Assembly: GCA_951406725.2 (NCBI GenBank) | Contig: OX597814.1 | Location: forward strand, 86,428,001 to 86,492,000 | DNA from: Octopus vulgaris | Taxonomy: Eukaryota | DNA length: 64,000 nt | Reading direction: 5' to 3' | Shown: positions 1 through 11,713 of the stretch, one piece after another | Layout: each line of letters starts with the position of its first letter | Position numbering within the stretch: position 1 is the stretch's first letter | The notes under the pieces: generated by a model | Seen by the model: only the letters and a program-made list of their open reading frames with translations | Database searches by the model: none | Told to the model about the DNA's origin: nothing | Position numbers and translations under genes: made by a program

Positions 1-289
1 GACCAGATACACAAAATTAACCATTTTAGTCATCTTAAGAAAACTATGAAAGTATTTGTCATTTTGTATTGTACTGATCAAAAAGTCGCTTGGTGTCCTT
101 AAATAGTTTTGATCATCTTCTACACAAAACTACCATAATTTTCACAACAATAACGTCGCTTGTGTTAGTCTTTTAAAACTGAACTTGCTTCTTGTTATTG
201 TGCCATGTTGTAAAGCAGCCCTTCATAATTATTATTGGTTAATGTTGTTAGCAATGTTAATGGTTATATAATAATAACAAACTTATTGT

Positions 290-1110
290 ATATATTGTTC
301 AGGTGCACTACAGCTCATCAGAAAAGGGAGCCAAAAGTGCATGAACAGGACATAGAATAATGCACAGAAAGTGAACAGTGAATGAGTTGTTTAAAAAAAA
401 AGTGGTGGGGACATCAGGTGTACTGTTGGTGAATTTTGGGAAGCATAGAAGTTTTGAAGGATATAGTGTCCTAACAGTTAACAACTGATGTGGGTAGTTT
501 ATTTTATGCTTCAGTAATTGTGATCAGGAAAAAATGTTTCCAAAAGTGATGGGTGCCATGTTTTTTTTTTTATTTACAAAATCATGTACATGAGTGTTAG
601 ACATATAAAATTCAAAAAGTTGCTCAAGGTTGTTGTTGTTGGAAATATGGTGGATAATCTTGTGGGTGTCTACCAAATCAGTTGCTAGATGTCAGATCTT
701 TAATGTGTCCATGCCCAGAGAAGAAAGACATTCAGAGTATGGTAGATGCCTGATAGCAGGTATTCATCTGGTTGCACATTTCTGAAGTTTCTAGATTGAC
801 ATGCTGAGCAAGATAGGGTTCCAGACTGGTGATGCAAACTCTACATGTGAATATACCATAGCTTTAAAAAGACAGCTGAAGAGTGGCTGACAAAGGTCTT
901 ACTGAATGATACTAACACAGTCTTGGCCTTTTTGACAATTTTAGAGATGTAGTTTGTCCAACATAAAATCGTTGTTGGCAACGATGCCCAGGTAAATTCA
1001 CTTGTAGACTTCTTAAGATTGGTGCTGTAGAAGGAGTATGTAAAAGCTGGGTTTTTCCTCCCAAAATACAAAGTAGTTCTTTCATTTATCAACAACACTA
1101 CAATATTAAT
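290..1110 (-). mobile_element. CR1-type LINE 3' relic (RT C-terminus and tail)
   Basis: Disrupted minus-strand translation: WTNYISKIVKKAK..., EFASPVWNPYL, LPYSExLSSLGMDTL..LATDLVDTHKII, NKLPTSVVNC; ends in an ATT-rich tail. Confidence 0.8.
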
Positions 1111-2044
1111 TCTTCATTTCAAACAATTCTGCTCATTTAAAACTGTAGTATTGACAATACCCTTTTTTAAAATGACAGTCAAGTAAATTGTTTTACAAAG
1201 CCTATACACTATAACCATCTAGTTGCTGCTACATTACAGTGAAATGTTCAGAACAAGATTGTAAGGTAATAAGCTTAATAAGGACAGATACCTACAATAC
1301 CCTAAAGCATTGACATATATAAAGCAAGAAAATAATTTCCAGATTAACTCCCCCTCCCCCAAACCAAAGTATCTTATGTACATTCGTAAGATACAGAAAG
1401 TATCAGCTGATAATTATTAGATGAGAAAGGTTGTAAAGTAAATAAAGTAAATTCTTTTGAAGGCATTGTTACATTTTTTGGTACTAAGAATTTGGCATTT
1501 CAAGACCCTAACTTCCAAGAATGGAGGTGAGTAGAGGTTGCAAGAATGTATGGGAGAGTGAGAGATGGGGAATAGGTGAGAAGGTGAAATATAATGAACA
1601 CGTGCTGAGGGAGCAATAATGCACAAGGAGAGTAAGAAACATACGATGGAGAAGAAGGACAAATAATAAGGTATCTACAGGGCAAAGTAATGTTATATGT
1701 GGGTGGAAAAGACAGTATAAGGATAAGGGCCAACCATTGAAAAATATTTCAGCAAGTTAAGTTCCCCAGTCATCTCCAGATATTCTAGAACTATAAAATT
1801 TAACTGATACAATGTAAATTAATTAGCATAGAGTCACCATGTCAAAGCAGCAACTATCAATCATAATCAATCAGTGAAAACACTTCTATACTTCGTGTAT
1901 ATATTAATTAATAGATGAATAATTATGCGTCATTAGCAACCAATAATCTCATTCTGTAACAAGTTATTTAATCTAGCTCAATCCAAAAGTAGATTAATAC
2001 AGCTGCCTATGTAAAATGTATCACTATCCTCCTTTTGTACTCAC

Positions 2045-2083
2045 CTGTAATTTTAGAAGTTTTGCTGTCTTTTTTTTAATATC
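2045..2083 (-). CDS. MORC2: MORC2 exon 19 (DIKKKTAKLLKLQ); gene continues beyond the window
   Basis: ttttacag|...CAG|gtgagt; 39 nt, phase 0-0; aligns to KIRQQQEKLEALQ. Confidence 0.8.
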
Positions 2084-2340
2084 CTGTAAAAAAAAAACAA
2101 AGGAAACATCAAATAATGACAAACAAAAACTACAGGTTGTGAAAATATATTTTTTTTTTTTTAATATTATCACCATTTAATGCCCATAGAAAATAAAACA
2201 TGCATGCATATACGTAAAGAGTCTCCTTATAAACATAAGACATGAGAAGTTGGTGTTAGGTCAACTTTAATTCAGTAAACTTCAAATCAAATCTATTCCA
2301 ATCATGACTATTTTTCTTTATAGGAGTTTCAAGACTATAT

Positions 2341-2566
2341 TTAACACTTTTGTTACCATTTTTCTGTTGAAACCCACAATCTTTGTTTCAGCTACTTTTG
2401 AAAATAATGAAAAATTTAGTAAAATAACTGTCATTATTAAGCTGATGTTTGGTACATTAATTAACATGAAATTTTGATGAAAGGTTTTAATTTAGATCAC
2501 TTTAAGCAAAAGCTTCTTTGATAAAACCAGAAGAAGACTTAGGTTGGTTGGTATCAATAGGGTTAA
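2341..2566. mobile_element. piggyBac-like MITE family 2 (other copies ~16830-17285 with a nested SINE, ~50700-50876)
   Basis: TTAA-flanked TIRs C(C/A)CTTTTG(A/T)TACCA...TGGTATCAAxAGGG. Confidence 0.65.
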
Positions 2567-3435
2567 GGTAGCAATTTGGCAGAGTTGTTAGAACATGGGA
2601 TAAAATGCCTTCCACTTCTCTGCAATGAGTTTAAATCCCACAAAGCTCAACTTTAATTTCCTCTCTACAGGGTTAATAAAGGAAGTACCAATCAAGTACT
2701 GGAGTGGATTCCTCTTTCACTCTATTTTTTTCTATTTTGAGAGAATTGTGGGAGGCCATTCACAGTGTCTGTGATATCAAAAAAGATTGGAAGCCCTACA
2801 GACACAAAAAAATTCACCAGCATTCAAAAGAGCTACCGACACTCCAAGACTGTATTCTTTCCATTTTTAAGATGGTGGGAGATAATTTGGAGGATTTAGC
2901 TGCTACTTCTGAGGGGCTTGTTCATTAACTAGTCAGTGATGTACTGTCTTTCCAAGTGGCAGTAGCTTAGTTAGCAAGGGGTGCAGCTACAACTGCAGCA
3001 CGGGGAGAGAGAGAGAGGGGGGGGTCCATCTACCAGATCCACTCATGAGGCTTTTAGTCAACCTGAGGCTTTAGAAGAAAATACTTGTCCGAGGTACTAC
3101 ATAGTGGGACAGAACCCAAGACCACATAGCTGGGAAGAAGCTTCTTCATGGTGATAATGAAGATTTCTTTCATAGGCCCAAGGCCCCAAATTTTAAAGAA
3201 AACAGAGTCAACTATTTCAACCCTAGTACTTGACATGCATATTTTAGGAAAACCTAAGATAAAAGGCAAAGTTGGCTTTGGTGGGATTTGAAGACAGAAT
3301 GTAAAGAGACGTCACTGAATATTACAATTCATTTAATCCACCATTGGGATGGTGAATTAAATGTTGTCCACAAATAGTAAGAATAACAAACATTTCTTGA
3401 AGTAAATCTGCTGATAAAACCTCAAATCAACTTAC

Positions 3436-3529
3436 TTCTTCTAACTCTTTCTGTTTCTGTGCTTTTGATTTCATTTCTTTTTTGAGATAACCTTCAACTA
3501 TGTTCATTTTCTGTTCTGCAGCTGAGCAT
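3436..3529 (-). CDS. MORC2: MORC2 exon 18 (CSAAEQKMNIVEGYLKKEMKSKAQKQKELEE)
   Basis: ttgcag|...|gtaagt; 94 nt; fourth CW cysteine followed by coiled-coil. Confidence 0.92.
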
Positions 3530-3599
3530 CTGCAACAGGAAAAAGGATATTGTACAGGAAATCATGTTCAAAACAGAAATCTACCTAATCCATCTTAAG

Positions 3600-4232
3600 G
3601 CAGAAAAGCTAATAATATCCTTTATAAGTGAACTACCTGGTTTACAATGCAGGTGACTTGGCCATAGCCCACATAACCAGCTGTTTTAAGCATCTCAGCA
3701 GTGATTCCTGATGGGCCAGGGGCTTTTCCTGGCTTCAAACCCTTAATTGCTTTATCTACTAGGGAGCTGTCTATTCAGATAGCTGGTATCCTCTAATGGG
3801 TCAACATTTGGCAGGCTCTCCTCCTCCCATTCATTCTCCACATTCAGCAGTCTTTCATAATGGCTTCTCCAAGCCTCCTTCTTTTCAGAATCATTAAAAG
3901 CAGGTGTGCCATCATCCATGCAGACACATTTCTCTCCTGTGACATCATAATTTTCTCTCACACACTGTCTTGCAATCCGAAATACCTGTTCTTTGGTCCT
4001 CACATCGCTGGACATTGGCAAACTTTTTTTCTGCTTCGTTCTTGGCTATGTATACCTGCCGCCCAGCCTCCCTTTTGGCTACCTGGTACAGTTCCCTGCT
4101 ACCTCCACCCTTCCAGGCTTTCCAGGCCTGTTTCTTTGCTCTAATGGCTTTGTCTACCGTACTATTCCACCACTACGTAACTCTAGGTCTGGAAGGGACT
4201 TTGCACCAACCACAGACTTGGTCTGTGGCACT
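3600..4232 (-). mobile_element. RTE-clade LINE fragment (endonuclease-RT linker)
   Basis: ORF 3752..4021 (VFRIARQCVRENYDVTGEKCV...KKEAWRSHYERLLNVENEW) followed by KAPGPSGITAEMLK; same family as 43160-44560. Confidence 0.85.
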
Positions 4233-4463
4233 CATTATAATTGAGTGAATTAATTATATAATGTAATATCCAATTAAATAATTACACCTGTATTTTATAA
4301 AACATTTATTTTGTAATAGTTGGTGACATTTTATAACAATGTGAAAAAAACTAAAGCTATGAAAAAGTAATGGCTTGACTGTTTATGATCGTGTGGCAAG
4401 CAAAAAAGAAAAGTGCCCAGAATCATTAGAATTTATCAAAATCATGTTCAAGTGAAAACTTAC

Positions 4464-4569
4464 TTGTTGTGTGAAAGATCAGGGTTCATACTACACACCC
4501 AGTCATCAGGGAATTCACGACCAACATTATTAGCTGAATAGGGAAGTGTTCGCCACTTCAGGCAAGCAT
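4464..4569 (-). CDS. MORC2: MORC2 exon 17 (DACLKWRTLPYSANNVGREFPDDWVCSMNPDLSHNK; CW zinc finger)
   Basis: ccttag|...|gtaagt; 106 nt; CxxCxKWR...WxCxxN CW signature. Confidence 0.95.
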
Positions 4570-4794
4570 CTAAGGAAAACAAATCAAAGAAAACAATTTT
4601 AAGTGTGGAAGGAATGTTTTTTTAAATCTTTTAAAAATTGATGTCATAAATGTGTATGTAATGTGTGTAATGGATATGAATATACATGGGTACAATAACA
4701 AGTATGTTTGTAATTAGATGTACACACCTAATCGTGTTCTGCAAAAAAGCATGTGACATGCTATATTATTGCTGTTGTAGTAGTTGCAGTAACA

Positions 4795-5587
4795 TATGAG
4801 GTGGTATTAATAGGTTCCTGGACAAGTTATGTTTAATAAAAAATAACTTATTTACCTAAGTTTTAACATCATCTCCTTCAAAATAGTCACCTTGCGCAGC
4901 ATGCACCAGTCCTAGTGTTCCCTCCACTTTTCAAATCAGTCCACAGGTGCTAAATCTGGGGAATAGAGTGGGTGCGGAAGCGATAACATGTTTTTGGTGA
5001 GAAGCTCACAAGTGAGGAGAGCTCAGTGACAAGGTACAGTGTCATTGTGAAGAATACAATTCTTCGCAATCTACAGATCCAGTCGCTTTCGATGAAGGTC
5101 TTCCTTCAAACGCTTCAAAACGTCACAGTAGAACTTTCAAGCAATGGTCTGGCTCTGGGACAAATTCTCAATGCATAATACCACATTTCCAGGGGAGCCA
5201 TGCTCACGGCAGGTTTTCCAGTTTGCTCATCATCTTCCAGGGATGTTCTTCTGCTTATGAAATGCCTGTGCCACCTGAAACATTGCATACAACCTGTTGC
5301 CTCATGACTGTAAACTTGCCAAAGTATGCTCAATGTCTCTGTAGCAGAGTTCTTAAGTTTAAAGCAAAATTTCACATTGGTTGTTTGTTCCTGTCCATGA
5401 CAAAATCACAGACAACAGCATATTTGTGATCACAAAAACACAAATTTCACAACTTGCAAAGTAAACGCAATGATGTCACTTGGCACACTGCCTCGTGAAG
5501 GTCACTGCTAGCTCTCACTAAATGCATAACCAGGGGTTGTTGGTGCACTACAGAACTAGTCCAGGAACTTTTTGATACCACCTCGTA
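4795..5587 (-). mobile_element. Internally deleted mariner element, copy A
   Basis: TIRs TA(T/C)GAGGTGGTAT(T/C)AAxAxGTTCCTGGAC at both ends with TA; transposase HTH remnant MKFCFKLKNSATETLSIL...SLEDDEQTGKP. Confidence 0.88.
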
Positions 5588-5630
5588 CAAGAAGTGTAAT
5601 GAAGTGTAATCTAAAGAGAAAGCTACATAC

Positions 5631-5734
5631 CACACTGAAGAGTAAAACTAACTTGCATCGCTCGTCTTCTGGCATATTTGGCATCTGAAGATGGTTGATC
5701 TTTCCATTTTGAGCTGATATAACCAAAATTAGAC
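5631..5734 (-). CDS. MORC2: MORC2 exon 16 (SNFGYISSKWKDQPSSDAKYARRRAMQVSFTLQC)
   Basis: ccttag|...TGT G|gtatgt; 104 nt; homologous to [34 protein letters not shown]. Confidence 0.93.
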
Positions 5735-6316
5735 CTAAGGAAAATCAATGGGAAAATAAGTCTTTTAGAACTATTTTAGAAATGAATAAATGCAATACTG
5801 AAATGGTGTTGGATAAATGCTTATCACTCAATGGTGTCTTGTATCTGAAACAGACCTATCTTTATGTGGGTTTTTTTTTTTTTTTTTGCTTCAGTCATAG
5901 GGTTGTGGCCTGCTGGGGCACTATCTCCAAGAGTTTTAGTCAATCAAATTGACCCTAGTACTTGTTTTCTTTTTTTGTTTCTTTAAGTTTGGTAGCTATT
6001 CTATCAATCTCTTTTGCTAAATCCCTAAGCTACAGGAGGGGTCGTAACCAACACTTGTATTCAAGTGGTGAGGGGCTGACAAACACAGACACACATGTAT
6101 GGGTTTCCACGCAGTTTCCCTCTACCAAATTCTCTACAAGGCATTATTCATCATGGGGCTATAGTAGAAAACAGTTGCCCTAGGTGCTGCACAGTGGGAC
6201 TGAACCCAAAATTATGTAGTTGCAAAGTGAGCTTCTTAACCACAGAGCCATGCTGGGAAATGCTTTTACAGAAGATAAAAGCAAAAGCTTCTATATTTCA
6301 CAACATTAAGCATATA

Positions 6317-6458
6317 GGTGCAGGAGAGGCTGTGTGGTAAGTAGGGTTCCAGGTTCAGTACCACTGTGTGGCACCTTGGGCAAGTGCCTTCTACTATAGC
6401 CTCAGGCTGACCAAAGCTTTGTGAGTGGATTTGGTAGACAGAAACTGAAAGAAGCCTG

Positions 6459-6495
<37 letters not shown>

Positions 6496-6716
6496 GTATG
6501 TGTGTTTATGTTTTTGTGTCTGTGTTTATCCTCCCAACATCGCTTACAACCAATACTGATACATTTACATCCCCGTAACCTAGCAGTTCGGCAAAAGAGC
6601 CCGACAGAATAAGCTTACAAAGAATAAGTCTTGGGCTCGATTTGTTCGACTAAAGGCAGCGCTTGAGCCACAGTCAAAATGATTGAAACAAGTAAAAAAA
6701 AAAAGAATAAAAGAAT
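6317..6716 (+). mobile_element. tRNA-derived CORE-like SINE (further copies: + ~6909-7350, 20286-20670, 22240-22390; - ~5888-6255, 9572-9735, 28920-29278, 34160-34335, 55100-55372)
   Basis: A/B-box-like head TGGCTGTGTGGTAAG...GGTTCAGTCCC, CORE-like GCACCTTGGGCAAGTGTCTT, central TA/TG microsatellite, AAAAGAAT tail. Confidence 0.8.
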
Positions 6717-7078
6717 CTAATTACTCAACATGCCTATTCATTTCTAGTTTTAGAGATTTTTGTCAAGCTATTTGTTTGCCGAGATATTTGTTCTACTATT
6801 AACTGCATTAAAAGTTTCAAATAAGGGTGAATAAGGTTTTATCAGTCAGGTAATCTGGGACAAGCACCATTAGGTATATGTGAAATTGTCGATAGTCAGT
6901 GCCTCAAAAGCACAAGAGTGATTATGTGGTAAGAAGCTTGCTTCCCAACCACATGGTTCCAGGTTCAGTCCCACTGCTTGGCACCTTGAGCAAGTGTCTT
7001 CTACTATAGCCTTGGGCCAACCAAAATCTTGTGAGTGGATTTGGTAGACAGAAACTGAAAGAAGCCCATTGTATATTT

Positions 7079-7117
<39 letters not shown>

Positions 7118-8218
7118 TAATGTATGTGTATCTTTGTGTCTGCTTCCACCCCCCAATCACTTGACAACTGATGGTGGTGTGTTTATGTCCCCATAACTTA
7201 GCGGTTCAGCAAAAGATACCGATAGAATAAGTACTAGGCTTACAAAGAATAAGTCCTGGGGTCAATTTCTTTGACTAAAACCCTTTAAGGCAGTGCTCTA
7301 GCATGGTGGCAGTCAAATGACTGAAACGTAAAAGAGTAAAAGAAAAGAATATAGATGGTCCCAACCCTATGTAAATGTATTTACATTCAATAAAAACTTT
7401 TTCATAAGGCCAAAACAATGCAAAATGAAATACAAAGTAAACCACAAAAGTGCAAACAGAACAACAGTTGAAGTTGTTCTGTTTATATTTTCAGCTGCTG
7501 CTGTTTCACTTTGCATTGTTTCAGCCTCATCAAAAAGTTTTTAATCTAATGTCATATCACACAATGGCTCACCATAATCATACAATTTTACACAGGGTTA
7601 TTACCTGGTGATTACCAGAGTAGGTGACACTGCAAGCTGATTTTGGTGGAGCTACTTATCTACACCATTTGTCCCCACGACAAAACACAGTGAATGGCGT
7701 TCTACTGGGCTCAAATATACCCCAAGCATATTTTAACTGGAAATAACCTTGTATTTATACATATCATGCCACCCAATAATTTGTATGCAAAGAACCACTT
7801 TTAGCGCTACCAGTCATTGAACAATAATGACAGGAATATCATAAGAGAGACAATCTCTCTTATCAGCCTGCAACACACCCTGTCCAATTTAAGTGGCTAA
7901 AGAGGAATGCTTGTAACCTACAGTCTGGGTAGGTAGCGCTACAAGCTGATTTTGGTGAATTTACACCATTTGCCACCAGTGAGAAATTTTCACCAGCACA
8001 AATATTGCCATCATCATTCTTAAAGAGGATAATTCTTGCTTCAAATACAACAGATGAGATGGACAGGTAACAGTCCACCATTTCTCCACAATCTACTTGA
8101 ATGTCACATATAGAAATAATAAATAAATTGACAAAAAAATAGCTGATAAACATCTCTATCTTCTAATCTAAATAAAAACTTACAAAATTCAAATGTAAAC
8201 AAAAATGGATATATTTAC

Positions 8219-8243
8219 CAAAAGCTTGTAATTCCAGTTTGAT
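8219..8243 (-). CDS. MORC2: MORC2 exon 15, 25-nt microexon (HQTGITSFW)
   Basis: gtttcag|AT CAA ACT GGA ATT ACA AGC TTT TG|gtaaat. Homologous to AQRGIIKFW and required for phase. Confidence 0.87.
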
Positions 8244-9402
8244 CTGAAACAAATTAAAATATCATCATCATTTAACATATTCATTACTTGTGAGGGTTTG
8301 GTGTGTGTATGTGTGTGTGTGTGTGTGTGTGTGTATGTGGGTGTGTTAATCAAAGTGTACGGTATTATATATTTATGGCCAATCTTACCAATCGGTTTCT
8401 TCCTAGAGATTCAACTGAGTGTTAGGTAATAGTTTGATTGTGTAACCCTGCACTCATCAGAGGTAGAATGGATGGATTGATAGATGGGAGTTATTGAGGT
8501 GGATTTTCTACAGCCAGATGCCCTTCTTGTTGCCAAGCCTATCTGTTTCAAGTTAAGTAATATTCCCCATGACCAGACATGTTAACATGGCAGATTAAAA
8601 ATGAAGGGTACTACTTGCACAACGGGGTAATATTTGTTTCCATCTATCACAAAGTCAAGGAAAGGAGACAATAGGACACACACATACAAAAATATATATT
8701 CTTTTGTTTCAGTCATTTGAATGTGGCCATACTGGAGCACTGCCTTAAAAGGTTTTTAGTCTAAGAAATCAACCCCAAGACTTATTCTTTGTAAGCCTAG
8801 TACTTATTCTTTGGTCTCTTTTGTCAAAATGCTAAGTTACAGAGGCATGAACACACCAACATTGGCTGTCAAGCAATGGTAGAGGGAAAACATACGACAC
8901 ACAAATATATACATATACAATCCTTCAATATTTATGTTTACATATATTCCCCTTCAGTACTGGGATTTTTTTCCCTTATAGTTATATAAATTTGCAATGG
9001 ATTACTAAATCCTGTGCCTCACCTAAGGTATACCCACTAGGAACTGTTATTATTCTACATAAATCAGTGTGTCAGATATATTTTACAAATATTTTAGAAA
9101 CCCATTTTGGTTTCTGGTACTGATATAAATTTGTTAAAAATGGTTTATCCTGTATGTTGGAAATTTATATGGTCATCTACAACTGAGGAGAACAATTTCT
9201 TTCAAACTCATGTAATATTTTCCTTGATCGATTAAATGGAGATGCTCGAAAAGGCTGTAATGTATTGATACCTGGACATCCTTGTTATTTAGTTACATTC
9301 TGTTCACCTAACTTGGAGTTGTGCAGGCTATACCGAACTGACTTGGTGCCTCAATTTAAGTACCTAATTAAACTGAATCTTAATTACATGTATGCATGCA
9401 TG

Positions 9403-9441
<39 letters not shown>

Positions 9442-9442
9442 A

Positions 9443-9486
<44 letters not shown>

Positions 9487-10625
9487 CATAGATACATGCA
9501 TGCATGCATACATGTAATTAAGATTCAGTTTAATTAGGTACTTAAATATATATATATATATATATATACACAATGGGCTTCTTTCAGTTTCCGTCTACCA
9601 AATCCACTCACAAGGCTTTCGTCAGCAAGAGGCTATAATAAAAGACACTTGCCCAAGGTACCATGCAGTGGGACTGAACCTGGAACCATGTGATTGGGAA
9701 GCAGCTTCTTACTACACAGCCACACCTGTGCCTACATAGACAGGCTTCTTTCAGTTTCCATCTACCAAATCGGATTGCCCAAGGTTATAGTAGAAGACAC
9801 TTGCCTGAGATACCATACAGTGGGACTGAACCTGAAACCATGTAGATGGGAAACAAACTTCTCACCACACAGCCACACCAGTGCCTAAAATATGTAATGT
9901 TATCACAAAATATTATAAGGTATTGTAGAAAACAAGTAAGTTTTCACTATGTGAGAAATGTGAAGTTTCTAAATGTGTGAACATAAGAATTTAATGCTGG
10001 AAGTATATTTTCAAGAGATGTGCATGTGTCTCCACAGATCTGATGTTGAATACTACTGAAATTGCTGAATACCTAGTGCTGCTTATATTCAAGGCCTCTA
10101 TTAATAAAGGTGCATGGCTCAGAGATTAGAGTGTCGGACTCACAAGCATGAGGTAGTAAATTCAATTCCTGGGCCGAGCTGTGTGTTGTGTTCTTAAGCA
10201 GGGCACTTTATTTCACATTGCTCCAGTTCACTCAGCTGTAGAAATGAGTTGTGCCATCACTGGTGCCAAGCTGCAAGGCATTTGCCTTTCCCTTGGATAA
10301 TACCAGTGGCACAGTGGGGAGGCTGGTATGCCCAAACTTGTACCTTGGAAGGGAACTTTCTAGGTGCAGTGCCATGGTCATTCATGACTAAAGGAAGTCT
10401 TTACCCTTTACCCCTATTCATGGAGGATTTTGTAACATGCATTTATCCTCTTTGCTGTATTCACACTCATCCAATTTTTATACCTCTAATTTCATTTAAA
10501 CTTTTCACAGTGATTCTGTGAGAATACCAAAGTAGCTTCTTCAGTCATTTTCTATGACAACTTCTTTCTGAATATATAAAGCATTGAAAGGGGGAATTTA
10601 AAAAAAAATAAATGTTCCAACTCAC

Positions 10626-10760
10626 GTATATTCAGATCATTCCAATACTGTTCCATGTGTTCGCCCATAGCTTTCATTAAATATCGGAATTCTTTGGCAT
10701 CAGCAAAGTCTTGCTTGTTATGGGTCGGCTCCAACACCAAATAAGGAACATCAACAACAC
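10626..10760 (-). CDS. MORC2: MORC2 exon 14 ([45 protein letters not shown])
   Basis: ctacag|...|gtgagt; 135 nt; PTHNKQDF motif. Confidence 0.96.
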
Positions 10761-11713
10761 CTGTAGCAGAAACAAGGAATTTTGTCAACCAAACATTTGT
10801 TGTGCAATGTTTCATCAGCACAGTTTCTAATAGGTACATTGTAAAGATATATTTCCCCATTAAAATGTAATTCTTTTGTTTAACCCTTTAGCATTTTATA
10901 TTTACATTGTTAAATCAAAACTTATTTATTCACATTGTTTTCAACTAATCATGCATTATCTCATAGCTTTAACATTTCAATGGTGTAATTGTTCAATTTA
11001 TAGAATGACACTCTTGGGTAGTTGTGAGAGGCTGGATCTGGTTGGTTTGAACATACAAGAGGTAGAATACTTGGGCCTGATCAAGCTGGTTTCAATATAC
11101 ACCAGGCAGAATATTTGGGCCTGATATGGCCAGATTGAATGCTAAAGGGTCAAAAAAAGGTTTCATTATTATCATCATCACCACCATCACCTTAATGTCT
11201 ACTTTTCCATGCTTCCACAAGTAGAACAGGTTATTGAAGCAGATTTTCTACAGCTGGATGCCCTTCCTATCATCAACCCTCACCTGTTTCCAAGCAAGGT
11301 AATATGTCCCCATGGCTAGACATGTTCTCACAGAATATTACCTTTTGACTTCTCAGGCATCGTCAGACCTACCAGGAGACTGCTCTCCTGTCAACATAGC
11401 TCTCTGGATCACAAGAATATGCAAACTCTTTTTTTTTAAAGATTTTAAAAGTAAAAATCCCCAGTTTTCATTTCATATTTACACTCACATACACAGTCAC
11501 CCACACACTCAAGATAGGTAAGTGCACACTGTTGGATGGTTGTTAACTCTCCACCCTTTAATACGTTTTGTTTTCCATCCTGCAGGCAATCCAAAAATTA
11601 CCCTCCTCACCTAGCAAGCTTCGTAGTGTTGCCAATGACCCCAAAATGCAACAGGTTTACTGTTATATGTTAGCAGTAGTGCTCAAGAGTGACCTGACAC
11701 AATTGTAGATATT

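Noticed and set aside
5115-5375. Domesticated transposase gene (GVQW3/SETMAR-like)
   Set aside because: Lies between TIRs, is internally deleted and frameshifted; an ordinary mariner relic. The ORF at 26934..27323 is likewise a frameshifted relic.
5647-5652. Apparent donor CAA|GTTAGT ending exon 16 early
   Set aside because: Using it breaks phase with exon 17 and drops VSFTLQC; the donor at 5630 restores the CW motif.
6317-6400. tRNA gene candidates (A/B-box-like heads here and in similar copies)
   Set aside because: They are SINE heads continuing into repeat bodies, with no complete cloverleaf.
9265-9573. Mirror-image ORFs sharing FKYLIKLNLNYMYACM on both strands
   Set aside because: Artefact of the DNA palindrome plus microsatellite.
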